The notes under the pieces: generated by a model
Told to the model about the DNA's origin: nothing
Databases searched by the model: none
Seen by the model: only the letters and a program-made list of their open reading frames with translations
Shown here: positions 54,139 through 63,322 of the stretch, in pieces
How the letters are laid out: every line of letters starts with the position of its first letter
Numbering within the stretch: position 1 is the stretch's first letter
Program-made: the position numbers and the translations under genes
Origin: Dehalococcoidales bacterium
GTDB taxonomy: Bacteria > Chloroflexota > Dehalococcoidia > Dehalococcoidales > RBG-16-60-22
Reading direction: 5' to 3'
DNA length: 64,000 bases
Assembly (NCBI GenBank): GCA_028712355.1
Contig: JAQTQH010000003.1
Location: 2,117 to 66,116 of the forward strand

Positions 54139-56606
54139 AACAGGAAAAATTCACCGAACAGGCGCAGCAGGCAATGGCGGCGTCTCAGGAATTGGTACAG
54201 CAGTATCATCACAACCAGTGGGATGTGGAGCATATCCTGATGGCGCTGGTGATGCAGCAGCAGGGGTTGGTCGGCGATATTCTCAAAGAGCTCAAGGTCA
54301 ATCCTGAATCTATCCGCAATCAGGTCGAGGCGGTTCTCGACCGGATACCGAAGGTGGCGTACGAAGCCGGGCAGATTTATGCCACGCCGCGCGTCGCCCA
54401 GCTGCTCAAGAGGGCGGAGGAGGAAGCCGCCCGGCTTAAGGACGAGTTCATCAGTACCGAGCATATCCTGATTGCTGTTGTCGGCGAGGAAAAGGGCGAA
54501 GCCGCCCGTATCCTGCGCAGCGTCGGTATCGACCAGGAGAAAGTGTACCGGGCGTTACAAAAACTGCGCGGCGGGCACCGGGTGACCGACAGCCGCGCCG
54601 AAAGTAAGTACCGCTCGCTGGAAAAATACGGGCGTGATCTTACCGAACTGGCACGGCAGAGTAAACTGGACCCGGTCATCGGGCGGGAGGAAGAAATAAA
54701 ACGGGTCATGCAAATCCTCACCCGGCGCACCAAGAACAACCCGGTGGTCGTTGGGGAAGCCGGCGTGGGCAAGACTGCCGTCGCCGAAGGACTCGCCCAG
54801 AAAATCGCCGCCGATGATGTGCCGGATTCGCTTAAGGGGCGGCGGGTCGTTGCGCTGGATATGGGCGCGCTGGTGGCGGGCAGCAAGTTCCGCGGCGAGT
54901 TCGAAGAGCGTCTCAAAGCCGTGATGGACGAGGTGCGCCAATCGCAGGGCGAAGTCATCCTGTTCATTGATGAAATCCATACCGTCGTCGGGGCGGGCGC
55001 TGCCGAAGGCGCCATCGATGCCAGCAACATGCTCAAACCGGCGCTGGCGCACGGAGAGTTACAGTGCGTGGGCGCGACTACGCTTGATGAATACCGCAAG
55101 TTCATCGAGAAGGACAAGGCGCTGGAGCGCCGCTTTCAGCCGGTCTTCCTCAATGAACCGACCGTCGAACAAACAATCCAGATACTGCGCGGGCTGCGTC
55201 CCCGTTATGAATCGCACCACAAGATTAAAATCAGTGACGAAGCTTTGGAATCGGCGGCTAAGCTCAGCCAGCGCTATATCACTGACCGGCACCTGCCGGA
55301 CAAGGCAATCGACCTGATTGATGAGGCGGCTTCCAAGCTGCGCATCGATTCCGAGAGCGCCCCGCCCGAGGTCAAGGAGCTGGAACAGAAACTCAAGCAG
55401 ATGGCCAATGAGGAAGATGCCGCTTCCCAGCGCGGGGAATATGAGCAGGCAGCCAAGTTGAAATCGGAAAGACTGAAGACAGAAGAAAAATATAATGGGG
55501 CGAAGAGCGAGTGGCTGAAGAAGGAGAAGCTCGCCGAGGAAGTGGGCGCGGAGCATATTGCCAAGCTTATCTCCAACTGGACGGGTATCCCGGTCTCTCA
55601 GATGCTGGAAGGCGAAGCGCAGAAATTGGTCCACATGGAAGACCGCCTCCATGATAGGCTGGTCAACCAGGAAGAAGCCGTTAAAGCCGTCTCTGAAGCC
55701 ATCCGCCGCAGCCGCGCCGGGCTGAAAGACCCGCGCCGTCCCATCGGAAGTTTTCTTTTCCTGGGTCCGACGGGCGTGGGCAAGACGGAGCTGGCGCGCA
55801 CGCTGGCGTGGTTCCTTTTTGATGATGAGAACGCCATGGTCCGGCTGGACATGTCCGAATACCAGGAGAAGCACACCGTATCGCGGCTCATCGGCGCGCC
55901 GCCCGGCTATGTCGGTTTCGAGGAAGGCGGGCAGCTTACCGAGGCAGTGCGGCGGCGCCCTTACCGCGTCATCCTTCTGGATGAAATTGAAAAGGCGCAC
56001 CCGGATGTCTTCAATTCGCTGCTCCAGGTCCTGGATGACGGACGCCTCACCGATGGACAGGGTCACACTGTCGATTTCAAGAACACGGTGGTCATCATGA
56101 CCAGCAACGCCGGCGTCGAGCTTATCCGGCGCGAAGCAGCGCTCGGTTTCACGACGCCGAAAGAAGGCGCCAGAGCGAAAAAACAGAGTTACGAAGACAT
56201 GAAAGACAAGGTGATGGCTGAGGTCCGCAAGCTCTTCCGCCCGGAATTCCTTAACCGGCTCGATGATACCATCGTCTTCCACGAGCTGAGCGAGGAACAG
56301 CTACGTAAGATTGTCGACTTGATGGTGACAGATTTGCAAAAACGGCTCGGTGAGCGTAAAGTAGGTCTGGAACTGACCGGTGATGCCAAGTCCTGGCTGG
56401 CGAAAGAAGGTTACGACCCGGTCTACGGCGCGCGTCCTTTGCGCCGGGTCATCGAGCGGTATGTGGAAAACCCGCTGTCCAGCCAGATACTGAGCGGTGA
56501 ACTCAAGGATGGTGATACCGTTAGGGTCGGAATCAGCAACGGTAAACTGACCTTTAATAAAGAACCGGTGAATAAAGCCGGCTCCCGGCGGCGCAGCCCG
56601 GCTTAA
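54135..56606 (+). CDS. clpB: ATP-dependent chaperone ClpB
   Basis: Clp_N repeats. NBD1 GEAGVGKT. Middle coiled-coil domain. NBD2 [13 protein letters not shown] overlap with hspR. Confidence 0.95.
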   Translation: MKQEKFTEQAQQAMAASQELVQQYHHNQWDVEHILMALVMQQQGLVGDILKELKVNPESIRNQVEAVLDRIPKVAYEAGQIYATPRVAQLLKRAEEEAARLKDEFISTEHILIAVVGEEKGEAARILRSVGIDQEKVYRALQKLRGGHRVTDSRAESKYRSLEKYGRDLTELARQSKLDPVIGREEEIKRVMQILTRRTKNNPVVVGEAGVGKTAVAEGLAQKIAADDVPDSLKGRRVVALDMGALVAGSKFRGEFEERLKAVMDEVRQSQGEVILFIDEIHTVVGAGAAEGAIDASNMLKPALAHGELQCVGATTLDEYRKFIEKDKALERRFQPVFLNEPTVEQTIQILRGLRPRYESHHKIKISDEALESAAKLSQRYITDRHLPDKAIDLIDEAASKLRIDSESAPPEVKELEQKLKQMANEEDAASQRGEYEQAAKLKSERLKTEEKYNGAKSEWLKKEKLAEEVGAEHIAKLISNWTGIPVSQMLEGEAQKLVHMEDRLHDRLVNQEEAVKAVSEAIRRSRAGLKDPRRPIGSFLFLGPTGVGKTELARTLAWFLFDDENAMVRLDMSEYQEKHTVSRLIGAPPGYVGFEEGGQLTEAVRRRPYRVILLDEIEKAHPDVFNSLLQVLDDGRLTDGQGHTVDFKNTVVIMTSNAGVELIRREAALGFTTPKEGARAKKQSYEDMKDKVMAEVRKLFRPEFLNRLDDTIVFHELSEEQLRKIVDLMVTDLQKRLGERKVGLELTGDAKSWLAKEGYDPVYGARPLRRVIERYVENPLSSQILSGELKDGDTVRVGISNGKLTFNKEPVNKAGSRRRSPA

Positions 56607-56664
56607 GCGAGGAAAAGTGAATTTGTCTTGATGCCCGGGCACGGCAAAAAGCAGATTCCCCAAG

Positions 56665-57264
56665 ATGGAACAGGACAGGAAGACAAAGAGTACTTCACGC
56701 ACGGCGTACGTCATCGGCATTGGCGGCGCCGTGCTTACTATTGTAATGGCTTTTGCCGTGGTCTATTACGGCGAATTGCTACGTGAGCTGAGCGCATACG
56801 GCTATACCGGGGCATTCTTAATCAGCATCCTGGGGGGCGCGACCATTATCGTGCCGGTGCCCATGCTGGCGGTGGTCTTCGCCCTCGGCGGCGTCATGCC
56901 GTATCCCTGGCTGGTGGGGCTGGCCGCCGGGCTCGGCGAAACAATCGGCGCCGTTATCATTTATTTAACCGGATACGGTGGTTTCCGCGCCGTTCGCCAT
57001 AGCGGCAAAGACTTTATCCAGCGGTCTTACGATAAGCTCCTTTTGCTTATGGAGAAAAGAGGCTCGCTGACGCTGTTTGTACTCGCCGCGGTTATCAACC
57101 CGTTCTTTTATCCGGCGGCGCTGGCGGCAGGCGCGCTCCGCTTCGGCATCAAGAGATACTTCATCATTTGCTTTATCGGCAAGACCATCAAGGGAATGTC
57201 GGTGGTCTATTTCGGCTACTGGGGTATCCGTGAACTTCTCCAGTGGCTCGGTATCGCCTGGTAA
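56665..57264 (+). CDS. DedA/VTT-domain membrane protein
   Basis: YGYTGAFLISILGGATIIVPVP...GLGETIGAVIIYLTGYGG pattern. Confidence 0.65.
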   Translation: MEQDRKTKSTSRTAYVIGIGGAVLTIVMAFAVVYYGELLRELSAYGYTGAFLISILGGATIIVPVPMLAVVFALGGVMPYPWLVGLAAGLGETIGAVIIYLTGYGGFRAVRHSGKDFIQRSYDKLLLLMEKRGSLTLFVLAAVINPFFYPAALAAGALRFGIKRYFIICFIGKTIKGMSVVYFGYWGIRELLQWLGIAW

Positions 57265-57270
57265 AGCGGA

Positions 57271-57912
57271 CTACTTCTCTTCAATGGTTATCCGGATGAT
57301 GCGGTCGCCCATGAATCCGGATTGTCCCAACTCGCCGGGGGTCAGCTTTTCCAGGACGTCCATTCCTTCAACAAGTTGTCCGAATACAGAATGTTTGCCG
57401 TCCAGGTGCGGCTGCGGAGCGTAAGTGATGAAGAACTGGCTGCGGTTGGTATTGGGCCCGGCATTAGCCATAGAGAGTGCTCCGGTACCGTGCTTGCGCT
57501 GGGAGAATTCATCGGCGAAAGCATAGGTGAGCTCGGTAAATCCCGTGCCGGGAACAGCGCCCGCCTGCGCCATGAAGTCGGGGATGACGCGGTGGAAGGT
57601 AGAGCCGTTATAGTAACCATCGCGGGAAAGGAATACGAAGTTGTTCACCGTCTGCGGCGCGTCCTTGGCAAAGAGCTCCAGCACCAGATTGCCTTTCACA
57701 GTTTCAATCGTGGCGGTGTATTGTTTGTTGGTATCAATGGCCATTGCGGGCGCCTTGGAATAGGTCTTCGGCTGCGAAGTGGCGGTGGGCGTATAGGTAT
57801 AAGTAGTGGTCTGCGAGGCCGGTTTCCCGCTGCAGGACGACGAGAAAAACAAACTCATAATTAGAATTCCTCCCAGTAGAATGAAGATAAATCTATTGTG
57901 CATAAATATCAC
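57271..57912 (-). CDS. cyclophilin-type peptidyl-prolyl isomerase lipoprotein
   Basis: Lipobox FFSSSC. FHRVIPDFMAQAG and SMANAGPNTNRSQFFI motifs. Confidence 0.9.
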   Translation of the reverse strand: MIFMHNRFIFILLGGILIMSLFFSSSCSGKPASQTTTYTYTPTATSQPKTYSKAPAMAIDTNKQYTATIETVKGNLVLELFAKDAPQTVNNFVFLSRDGYYNGSTFHRVIPDFMAQAGAVPGTGFTELTYAFADEFSQRKHGTGALSMANAGPNTNRSQFFITYAPQPHLDGKHSVFGQLVEGMDVLEKLTPGELGQSGFMGDRIIRITIEEK

Positions 57913-58049
57913 CCTTTCCGTTTACAGGATTTTAGTCAAATTGTAGCCTATTCTCGCCGCGGAAGCAATCAGCAGCGAACCGGGTGATTTAACCTGTGAG
58001 ATTATGTTGCGGACTGCTCATGCTTTGTGTTAAATTAGATGTGCGACAT

Positions 58050-58125
58050 GGGGCTGTAGCTCAGTTGGGAGAGCGTCTGACTGGCAGTCAGAAGGTAAGG
58101 GGTTCGAACCCCCTCAGCTCCACCA
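58050..58125 (+). tRNA. tRNA-Ala (anticodon GGC)
   Basis: Acceptor GGGGCUG/CAGCUCC with G3:U70. D arm GCUC-AGUUGGGA-GAGC. Anticodon loop CUGGCAG. T arm AGGGG-UUCGAAC-CCCCU. Discriminator A, then CCA. Confidence 0.9.
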
Positions 58126-58412
58126 AAGGGGACGATACCTAGAACTACCCGAAATTCCAAAGATTGGCCGGGTAAAGTCTTTTCAATAACCTTCCCATGG
58201 TCTGTTACGAAATAAACCTCTCAACAGAGCTAATGCCCGTCTCTTTCGAGTCCTCCATGTTCCGCCGATGCGATCTCATCATGCGAAGTCGGACAGGGGC
58301 TCAATCGAAACGACACGCTCGATTTAAATCCATTGACCCTGAGTATTTTATCAATTAAGAGAATTTTCAGGTACAAAGGGCTAGCCGTGTCCAGTCCCAT
58401 TCGTGTTCCGTT

Positions 58413-60146
58413 TCACTTGCGGCTCTGTCGTCTCATGTGTTCCACGGCTTTGGCAAAATCAGGCTTCTCGGCTGCTTTTCTCCATTCATCCCAGAAGGCA
58501 ATAGTTGAACTAATCGGTTTCTCCTTTGGGGGATTCACCCTGATACGGCTCGGAAGTAGGACACAGTCTCCAACAACGAGTACTTCCCCCGTGTCAAGGA
58601 TTGGCAGCGCATCCATTAACCCTGCCAAACTTTCGGGCATCAGCCTTTTAACCGTGCCTTGGTCATCGCCATTTGTCAGCCGAAGAGCGAGAAGGTTGTT
58701 ACACTGACTCAGTATTGTAGTACTCACATCGGAAGGTCGCTGGCTGACGACTACCATTGCCACGCCGTATTTTCGTCCTTCTTTTGCGATCTTCTCGAAG
58801 TTCTCGATTGCCCTTTGCTCTACAGGATTCTGACCTTCTTTATTAGGCAAGTAGACATGGGCTTCGTCACAAACAAGAGCCAGCGGCTTACGTACATTTA
58901 CTTCAGTCCAGAATTGAACCTGATAGACGACTCGTGCCACAAGTCCGACCATAACTGGCAGTATATCTGCTGGCACTTCGGAGAAATCTATGACTCTGAT
59001 TCGGGATTCGGAAAAGTCCATCAGCCGGCATATCATTTTCGCCATAGCATCGTATGTCTGCTCCGTTGTGGGGATCTGAAAGAGAAAACCGTAACGCTTG
59101 TCATCCCGTTTGCTTTGTAGACGGATGAGCAAGCGGCTGAACTGTCCGTAAAATACTCCTTGCTTCTCTCCGCCTCTTGCACCAGGAACCATCTCATCAT
59201 TAAGACGTCTCAATTCGGAGATGACATTTTCAAACGGAAATGGAATCGGGCTATCAAGAGTGAGAGCACTCAACATCTCGGTCTTTCCTTCAGCCTCAAG
59301 GAACGCCTTCTTTTGAGACAACACTGCATCTTGGAAAGCCATGACCTGATTGTGAGCAGTAAATTCACTTCGGTCAATGAACATGGATTGTGACTCTTCA
59401 GCATTTAGCAGCCAGTATGGTAAATAGAGTAACTCATTGGCTGCCGTTCCGAGTTCCTCCGGACCAGGAACCCGAAGATGACTCGCATATGTGAGCCTAC
59501 TGTACTCACCATGCAGATCAAAGACGATCAGATTTGAGGAAGGCAGCTTAGCGGCTTGCTCCAAAATTGCTGCCACCAACCAAGATTTGCCAGAACCTGT
59601 GCTGCCGAGCAACGAAGCGTGGCGTTGAAAGAGCCTATTGCCATCTAGGTATGCTACAGCTTTCTCATCCATTGTGTAATGTCCCATCTCTAAAGAATGC
59701 TCGGTCTTGCTTTCGACTGATAGTAAATTCATGAATGCCTGCAATTGAGCGTCCCTTAAGACGTTGCACCCACAGTCTATCTCAGGTACTTGGAAAATGG
59801 ATCGGCTAAAGCACGGTTTCTGTCCTGCATCAAGCGCCACCCTCCCAACCAGGGTGACTCTGACGGTGTTGAGCACACTTTCGCGCGGCATTGCCAATTC
59901 CGCACCTTCGGCCTCCATAGGTACAGCCTGCTCGATTGTTTCCTCCATCACAGGCGACTTCATAACGCTGTCAATCATTCCAATGAGCCATTCCTCGATG
60001 GCACCCGGAAGGCGAAGCGCTACAAGTTGACCTACCCGGGCTCTTCGCAGTTCTTCATCCTTATCAACTTGAATACTGACTCTTCTCGTGTCTACCGCAC
60101 GAACTCGTCCAAGGGCATATGACTGGTCGAAGGTAAAAATCGCCAT
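58413..60146 (-). CDS. herA: HerA-family (FtsK/HerA) ATPase, partner of SIR2
   Basis: N-terminal barrel-like segment (GRVRAVDTRRVSIQVD...VGQLVALRL). Walker A LLGSTGSGKSW, Walker B LALVCDEAH, VVSQRPSDV. Starts 3 nt after the SIR2 stop. Confidence 0.85.
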   Translation of the reverse strand: MAIFTFDQSYALGRVRAVDTRRVSIQVDKDEELRRARVGQLVALRLPGAIEEWLIGMIDSVMKSPVMEETIEQAVPMEAEGAELAMPRESVLNTVRVTLVGRVALDAGQKPCFSRSIFQVPEIDCGCNVLRDAQLQAFMNLLSVESKTEHSLEMGHYTMDEKAVAYLDGNRLFQRHASLLGSTGSGKSWLVAAILEQAAKLPSSNLIVFDLHGEYSRLTYASHLRVPGPEELGTAANELLYLPYWLLNAEESQSMFIDRSEFTAHNQVMAFQDAVLSQKKAFLEAEGKTEMLSALTLDSPIPFPFENVISELRRLNDEMVPGARGGEKQGVFYGQFSRLLIRLQSKRDDKRYGFLFQIPTTEQTYDAMAKMICRLMDFSESRIRVIDFSEVPADILPVMVGLVARVVYQVQFWTEVNVRKPLALVCDEAHVYLPNKEGQNPVEQRAIENFEKIAKEGRKYGVAMVVVSQRPSDVSTTILSQCNNLLALRLTNGDDQGTVKRLMPESLAGLMDALPILDTGEVLVVGDCVLLPSRIRVNPPKEKPISSTIAFWDEWRKAAEKPDFAKAVEHMRRQSRK

Positions 60147-60149
60147 AAT

Positions 60150-61295
60150 CTAGCCTCCTATGATCACCTTCTTGAATTCGGCCACGTCCCATAGCGCGGA
60201 ATTCTCTATGTAGAGGGTCCCCGCGTACCGAGAGTTGGATATCGATGTCTGTTCGGGCGCTCCAGTGCCTTTGCAGACTAGCCAAAGGTTGGGTGCCGCA
60301 TCTAATATAGTCTTAATACGTTGGTTGGAATCTTTGGTGATAATCAAACCATGGCTCGATTGTTCGATTAGCTTACGCCTGATGTACCGCTCGAGGTGAA
60401 CGTCATTAAATCCATATCCTAAGAAGAGAAACCGGCTTTCTTTTTCGATCGCATCATCTGCTCGCTGAAGAAGTTCCTGCCTGTACAACTGTAGCTTCTC
60501 GTGCTTGGAGACGCCAGGTGTTATCATGACCCTCTGGAGAAAGCTTGGCGGATTGAGCGCCCATTCGTTGTTCTCGACGACCTTCGTCCCAAAGGTAAAG
60601 TAATTTAGCGAACCATGGACCTTGTAAAGCCTGATGTGTTTCCGGACGGCATACAAGTGTCTTACTCGATTCGACACCACACTTCGAGTACTCACCCACA
60701 TGGATTGCTCTGCTGCATGCCAATCGACTGTGCGCATGACACCACCTGAGAACCCGTTTGTGTATGGTATGCCTATGTGTTCACAGGCGTGTTCCATTAC
60801 AAGGTCGTAATTAGGAGTGATTACGTTGAGGACAGGATCAGCCTCGGGTAGCGTATCCACCAAGACTTTCAATAGTGTACCGGCTGGCCACTCATTCTGG
60901 CCATCGACTACTTTGAGGCAACAATCATAACTTACTGCAGATATGAACCTACCAGTTGCTTCTGTAATCTTCTCCACTAGGCTTTGGTCAAGGACTCCAT
61001 TCATGGCGGACTCAAGGTCTTGACCTTTGTACAGTGCATCTGCGACTGCCTCCCATTCCCGTTTCTCTGGGGCGCTTACGAGTAAAGGGGGGACTCTGTC
61101 AACCAGTACCTTGGCCAATTCGTGCATACTAAAGCGGTCATCGAGTGCACAGGACATCCCGCTTCCGAAGAGCACTACAGGCTTCTCCCGAAAGAAGTTC
61201 TTTAATGCCTCGAAGGCTATTTCTTTTGTCAAAGCCTCGCGAGCATAAACCACTATCAGCCTCCGAGAGCCTTTGCCAATGATGCTTCGGCTCAT
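60150..61295 (-). CDS. SIR2-like (SIR2_2 family) NADase-type defence protein
   Basis: VVLFGSGMSCA, ITPNYDLVMEH, KVHGSLNY and FLFLGYGFNDVHL motifs. ATG at 61295 preferred over GTG at 61367, which would leave only 26 bp to the divergent gene. Confidence 0.8.
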   Translation of the reverse strand: MSRSIIGKGSRRLIVVYAREALTKEIAFEALKNFFREKPVVLFGSGMSCALDDRFSMHELAKVLVDRVPPLLVSAPEKREWEAVADALYKGQDLESAMNGVLDQSLVEKITEATGRFISAVSYDCCLKVVDGQNEWPAGTLLKVLVDTLPEADPVLNVITPNYDLVMEHACEHIGIPYTNGFSGGVMRTVDWHAAEQSMWVSTRSVVSNRVRHLYAVRKHIRLYKVHGSLNYFTFGTKVVENNEWALNPPSFLQRVMITPGVSKHEKLQLYRQELLQRADDAIEKESRFLFLGYGFNDVHLERYIRRKLIEQSSHGLIITKDSNQRIKTILDAAPNLWLVCKGTGAPEQTSISNSRYAGTLYIENSALWDVAEFKKVIIGG

Positions 61296-61305
61296 TTTAA
61301 TGGTT

Positions 61306-61329
61306 GACCGTCCTTGAGACAAGACGGTC
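61306..61329. promoter_or_regulatory. inverted repeat GACCGTC-N10-GACGGTC in the divergent control region
   Basis: Perfect 7-bp arms. Lies between the SIR2 start (61295) and a TATAAT box (61354-61359) that precedes the wHTH gene. Confidence 0.4.
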
Positions 61330-61393
61330 TTTATTTTCCGTTCTGCCAAGTAGTATAATGCAATCACTAACGTTAATACAAGGATATTAGTTA

Positions 61394-61615
61394 ATGATTA
61401 CAAACGGGACTGATAAGACCGCCTTTACGCACAAAGTTAAAAAAATACTGACTAAAGAACCAGGGTTAAGCGTAAAGGAATTATCGGATAGATTGAGTAC
61501 CAACCGCCAGTTTATGGCCGGCATGCTGAAGGCTCTTGAGGAGCGCGGAGAGGTTACTTATCGTCAGGTGGGGCCGGCACGTATTTATTACGCCACTAAT
61601 TCTCCTAAGGAATAA
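61394..61615 (+). CDS. small winged-helix DNA-binding protein (candidate controller/regulator)
   Basis: 73 aa. LSVKELSDRLSTNRQFMAGMLKALEERGEVTYRQVGPARIYY has helix-turn-helix plus beta-wing layout. AAGGA lies 8 nt upstream. Confidence 0.6.
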   Translation: MITNGTDKTAFTHKVKKILTKEPGLSVKELSDRLSTNRQFMAGMLKALEERGEVTYRQVGPARIYYATNSPKE

Positions 61616-61651
61616 CAACCTAGTATCTTCGAGGTCTAACTGAGAGAATAG

Positions 61652-62506
61652 ATGTTAATTGTATTATCACAGCGAATTGATATTAAGTCTGATTACGATG
61701 ATGTCCCGTTTTCGTCATATCACTTCCCGAAACAGTACCGAAATCTTATTCATTCAGGGGATCGATTTATCTATTACCAAGGCGACCGTTGGAAGAAAGA
61801 GCATCGCTACTATTTCGGCTGCGGAGTAATAGGTAAGGTGTATTCTGCTGCCAACAACACGTTTTACGCAGACATCGTCGATGGCGAGACTTTCGCTCAA
61901 AAGGTTCCAATTTATCATCCAGAAGGTGATTTCTACGAATCACTCGATTACAGCAGCGTGCGAAAAAAGCCGAATCCACCTTGGCAAAGTTCTATAAGAC
62001 CATTGTCTGAAACAGCTTTCTCCACAATTCTAGCAGCCGCTAAAGTTGGTACATCTTCATTGCAGGTTATCAGTCAAATTGAAACTTCTTCGAATGCGAT
62101 TGATACGTTAAGGACTCTGAATATTTTATATGCCGGATTGAAGCCGGAAGTTCGGGCAAAGAGGCTGGCCAGCCACCTGGACCGTGGTGATTCGGTTACA
62201 CGAGCTCTAAAGCAACTTCTTGGTAGCAAATGTCAAATATGTGGTTGGAACGGTTTCAGAAAACGAGATGACACGGAATTCATCGAGGCTCACCATCTGG
62301 TTCAGATATCCGAGCGTCATGTAGATTCACTTTGCACAGAGAATATCATACTCGTGTGTCCTAACTGTCATCGTGAAATTCACTATGGAGAAGATATAGA
62401 GATTAGAGACGATGGCAATTTGAATTTTGTGCGTCTTTCAAACAAGATTGTACGTATACCGAAAAACACAATTCAATTATTAGAGAGTAAGGTCATTTTA
62501 CATTGA
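61652..62506 (+). CDS. HNH nuclease with unassigned ~135-aa N-terminal domain
   Basis: C-terminal CQICGWNG...FIEAHHLVQIS...NIILVCPNCHREIHYG (McrA-type HNH). N-terminus YHFPKQYRNLIHSGDRFIYYQGDR...YYFGCGVIGKV matches no motif I recognise. Confidence 0.8.
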   Translation: MLIVLSQRIDIKSDYDDVPFSSYHFPKQYRNLIHSGDRFIYYQGDRWKKEHRYYFGCGVIGKVYSAANNTFYADIVDGETFAQKVPIYHPEGDFYESLDYSSVRKKPNPPWQSSIRPLSETAFSTILAAAKVGTSSLQVISQIETSSNAIDTLRTLNILYAGLKPEVRAKRLASHLDRGDSVTRALKQLLGSKCQICGWNGFRKRDDTEFIEAHHLVQISERHVDSLCTENIILVCPNCHREIHYGEDIEIRDDGNLNFVRLSNKIVRIPKNTIQLLESKVILH

Positions 62507-63321
62507 GTCGTATAACGAGCCTAAATGGTAACTTAAACGGTAAGTTGATGAAAGAAGCAGTCAATATTAATCAGCTATTAGATGGTTTCCAGTTGGAGAT
62601 AATCAGCCAGACTATTTTGGAATGGTGGAACTCCTCGGGCAGACGGAATTTCCCTTGGAGAGAGACTCATGACCCCTTTAAAGTCATGATTGCAGAAATA
62701 TTACTCCACCGAACAAGAGCTGAACAGGTTGTTCCACTGTACCAAGTTTTTATAAAGAAATATTCTGATGTTCATGCAATCGCGCGAAGCTCGCCAGATG
62801 AGCTCGAAGAATCGTTTCGTTCTGCTGGACTTCATTGGAGATGGAAACTACTCCACGCTATGTCTATTGATATTGAAACGAGATTTAATGGACAGATACC
62901 TCATGATTTTGAAGATCTGACATCACTACTAGGTGTGAGTCATTATATCGCCTCTGCCGTGAGATGTTTTGCCTTTGGTTATCCTGATGTTTTACTCGAT
63001 ACTAATACCGTCAGAGTGTCGGGACGTATCTTTGGATTACCTATTACGGACTCATCCAGACGAAGTATTTTATTCAGGAAGGTCATTCAAAGGCTTATGG
63101 ATGCTGAACAGTGCAGCGACTTCAATTTTGCACTGATTGATTTTGCAGCGAAGGTGTGTCGACTAAAGAAACCTCACCATGACGAGTGCCCCATTTGCGA
63201 ATCCTGCGTCTTTTACCAGAAAATAGCCGGTGTAAATAAGAATACTAAAATTAATACAACACCACTAAAAGAGATAAGACGCTCGCACCAGCAACAATTG
63301 AGCCATATGGAGGCTCTGTAG
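62503..63321 (+). CDS. HhH-GPD DNA glycosylase (EndoIII/MutY/Mig family) with Fe-S Cys cluster
   Basis: FPWRETHDPFKVMIAEILLHRTRAEQV. HhH LLGVSHYIASAVRCFAFG. Catalytic-Asp context LLDTNTVRV. CRLKKPHHDECPICESC. TTG start overlaps the HNH stop (TTGA); alternative ATG at 62548. Confidence 0.85.
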   Translation: MSRITSLNGNLNGKLMKEAVNINQLLDGFQLEIISQTILEWWNSSGRRNFPWRETHDPFKVMIAEILLHRTRAEQVVPLYQVFIKKYSDVHAIARSSPDELEESFRSAGLHWRWKLLHAMSIDIETRFNGQIPHDFEDLTSLLGVSHYIASAVRCFAFGYPDVLLDTNTVRVSGRIFGLPITDSSRRSILFRKVIQRLMDAEQCSDFNFALIDFAAKVCRLKKPHHDECPICESCVFYQKIAGVNKNTKINTTPLKEIRRSHQQQLSHMEAL

Positions 63322-63322
63322 T

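Noticed and set aside
58197-58358. 53-codon plus-strand ORF in the spacer between tRNA-Ala and herA. I also searched the spacer for an integrase remnant or att repeat.
   Set aside because: No RBS and no recognisable family in any frame that I translated. I found no copy of the tRNA 3-prime end within the window.
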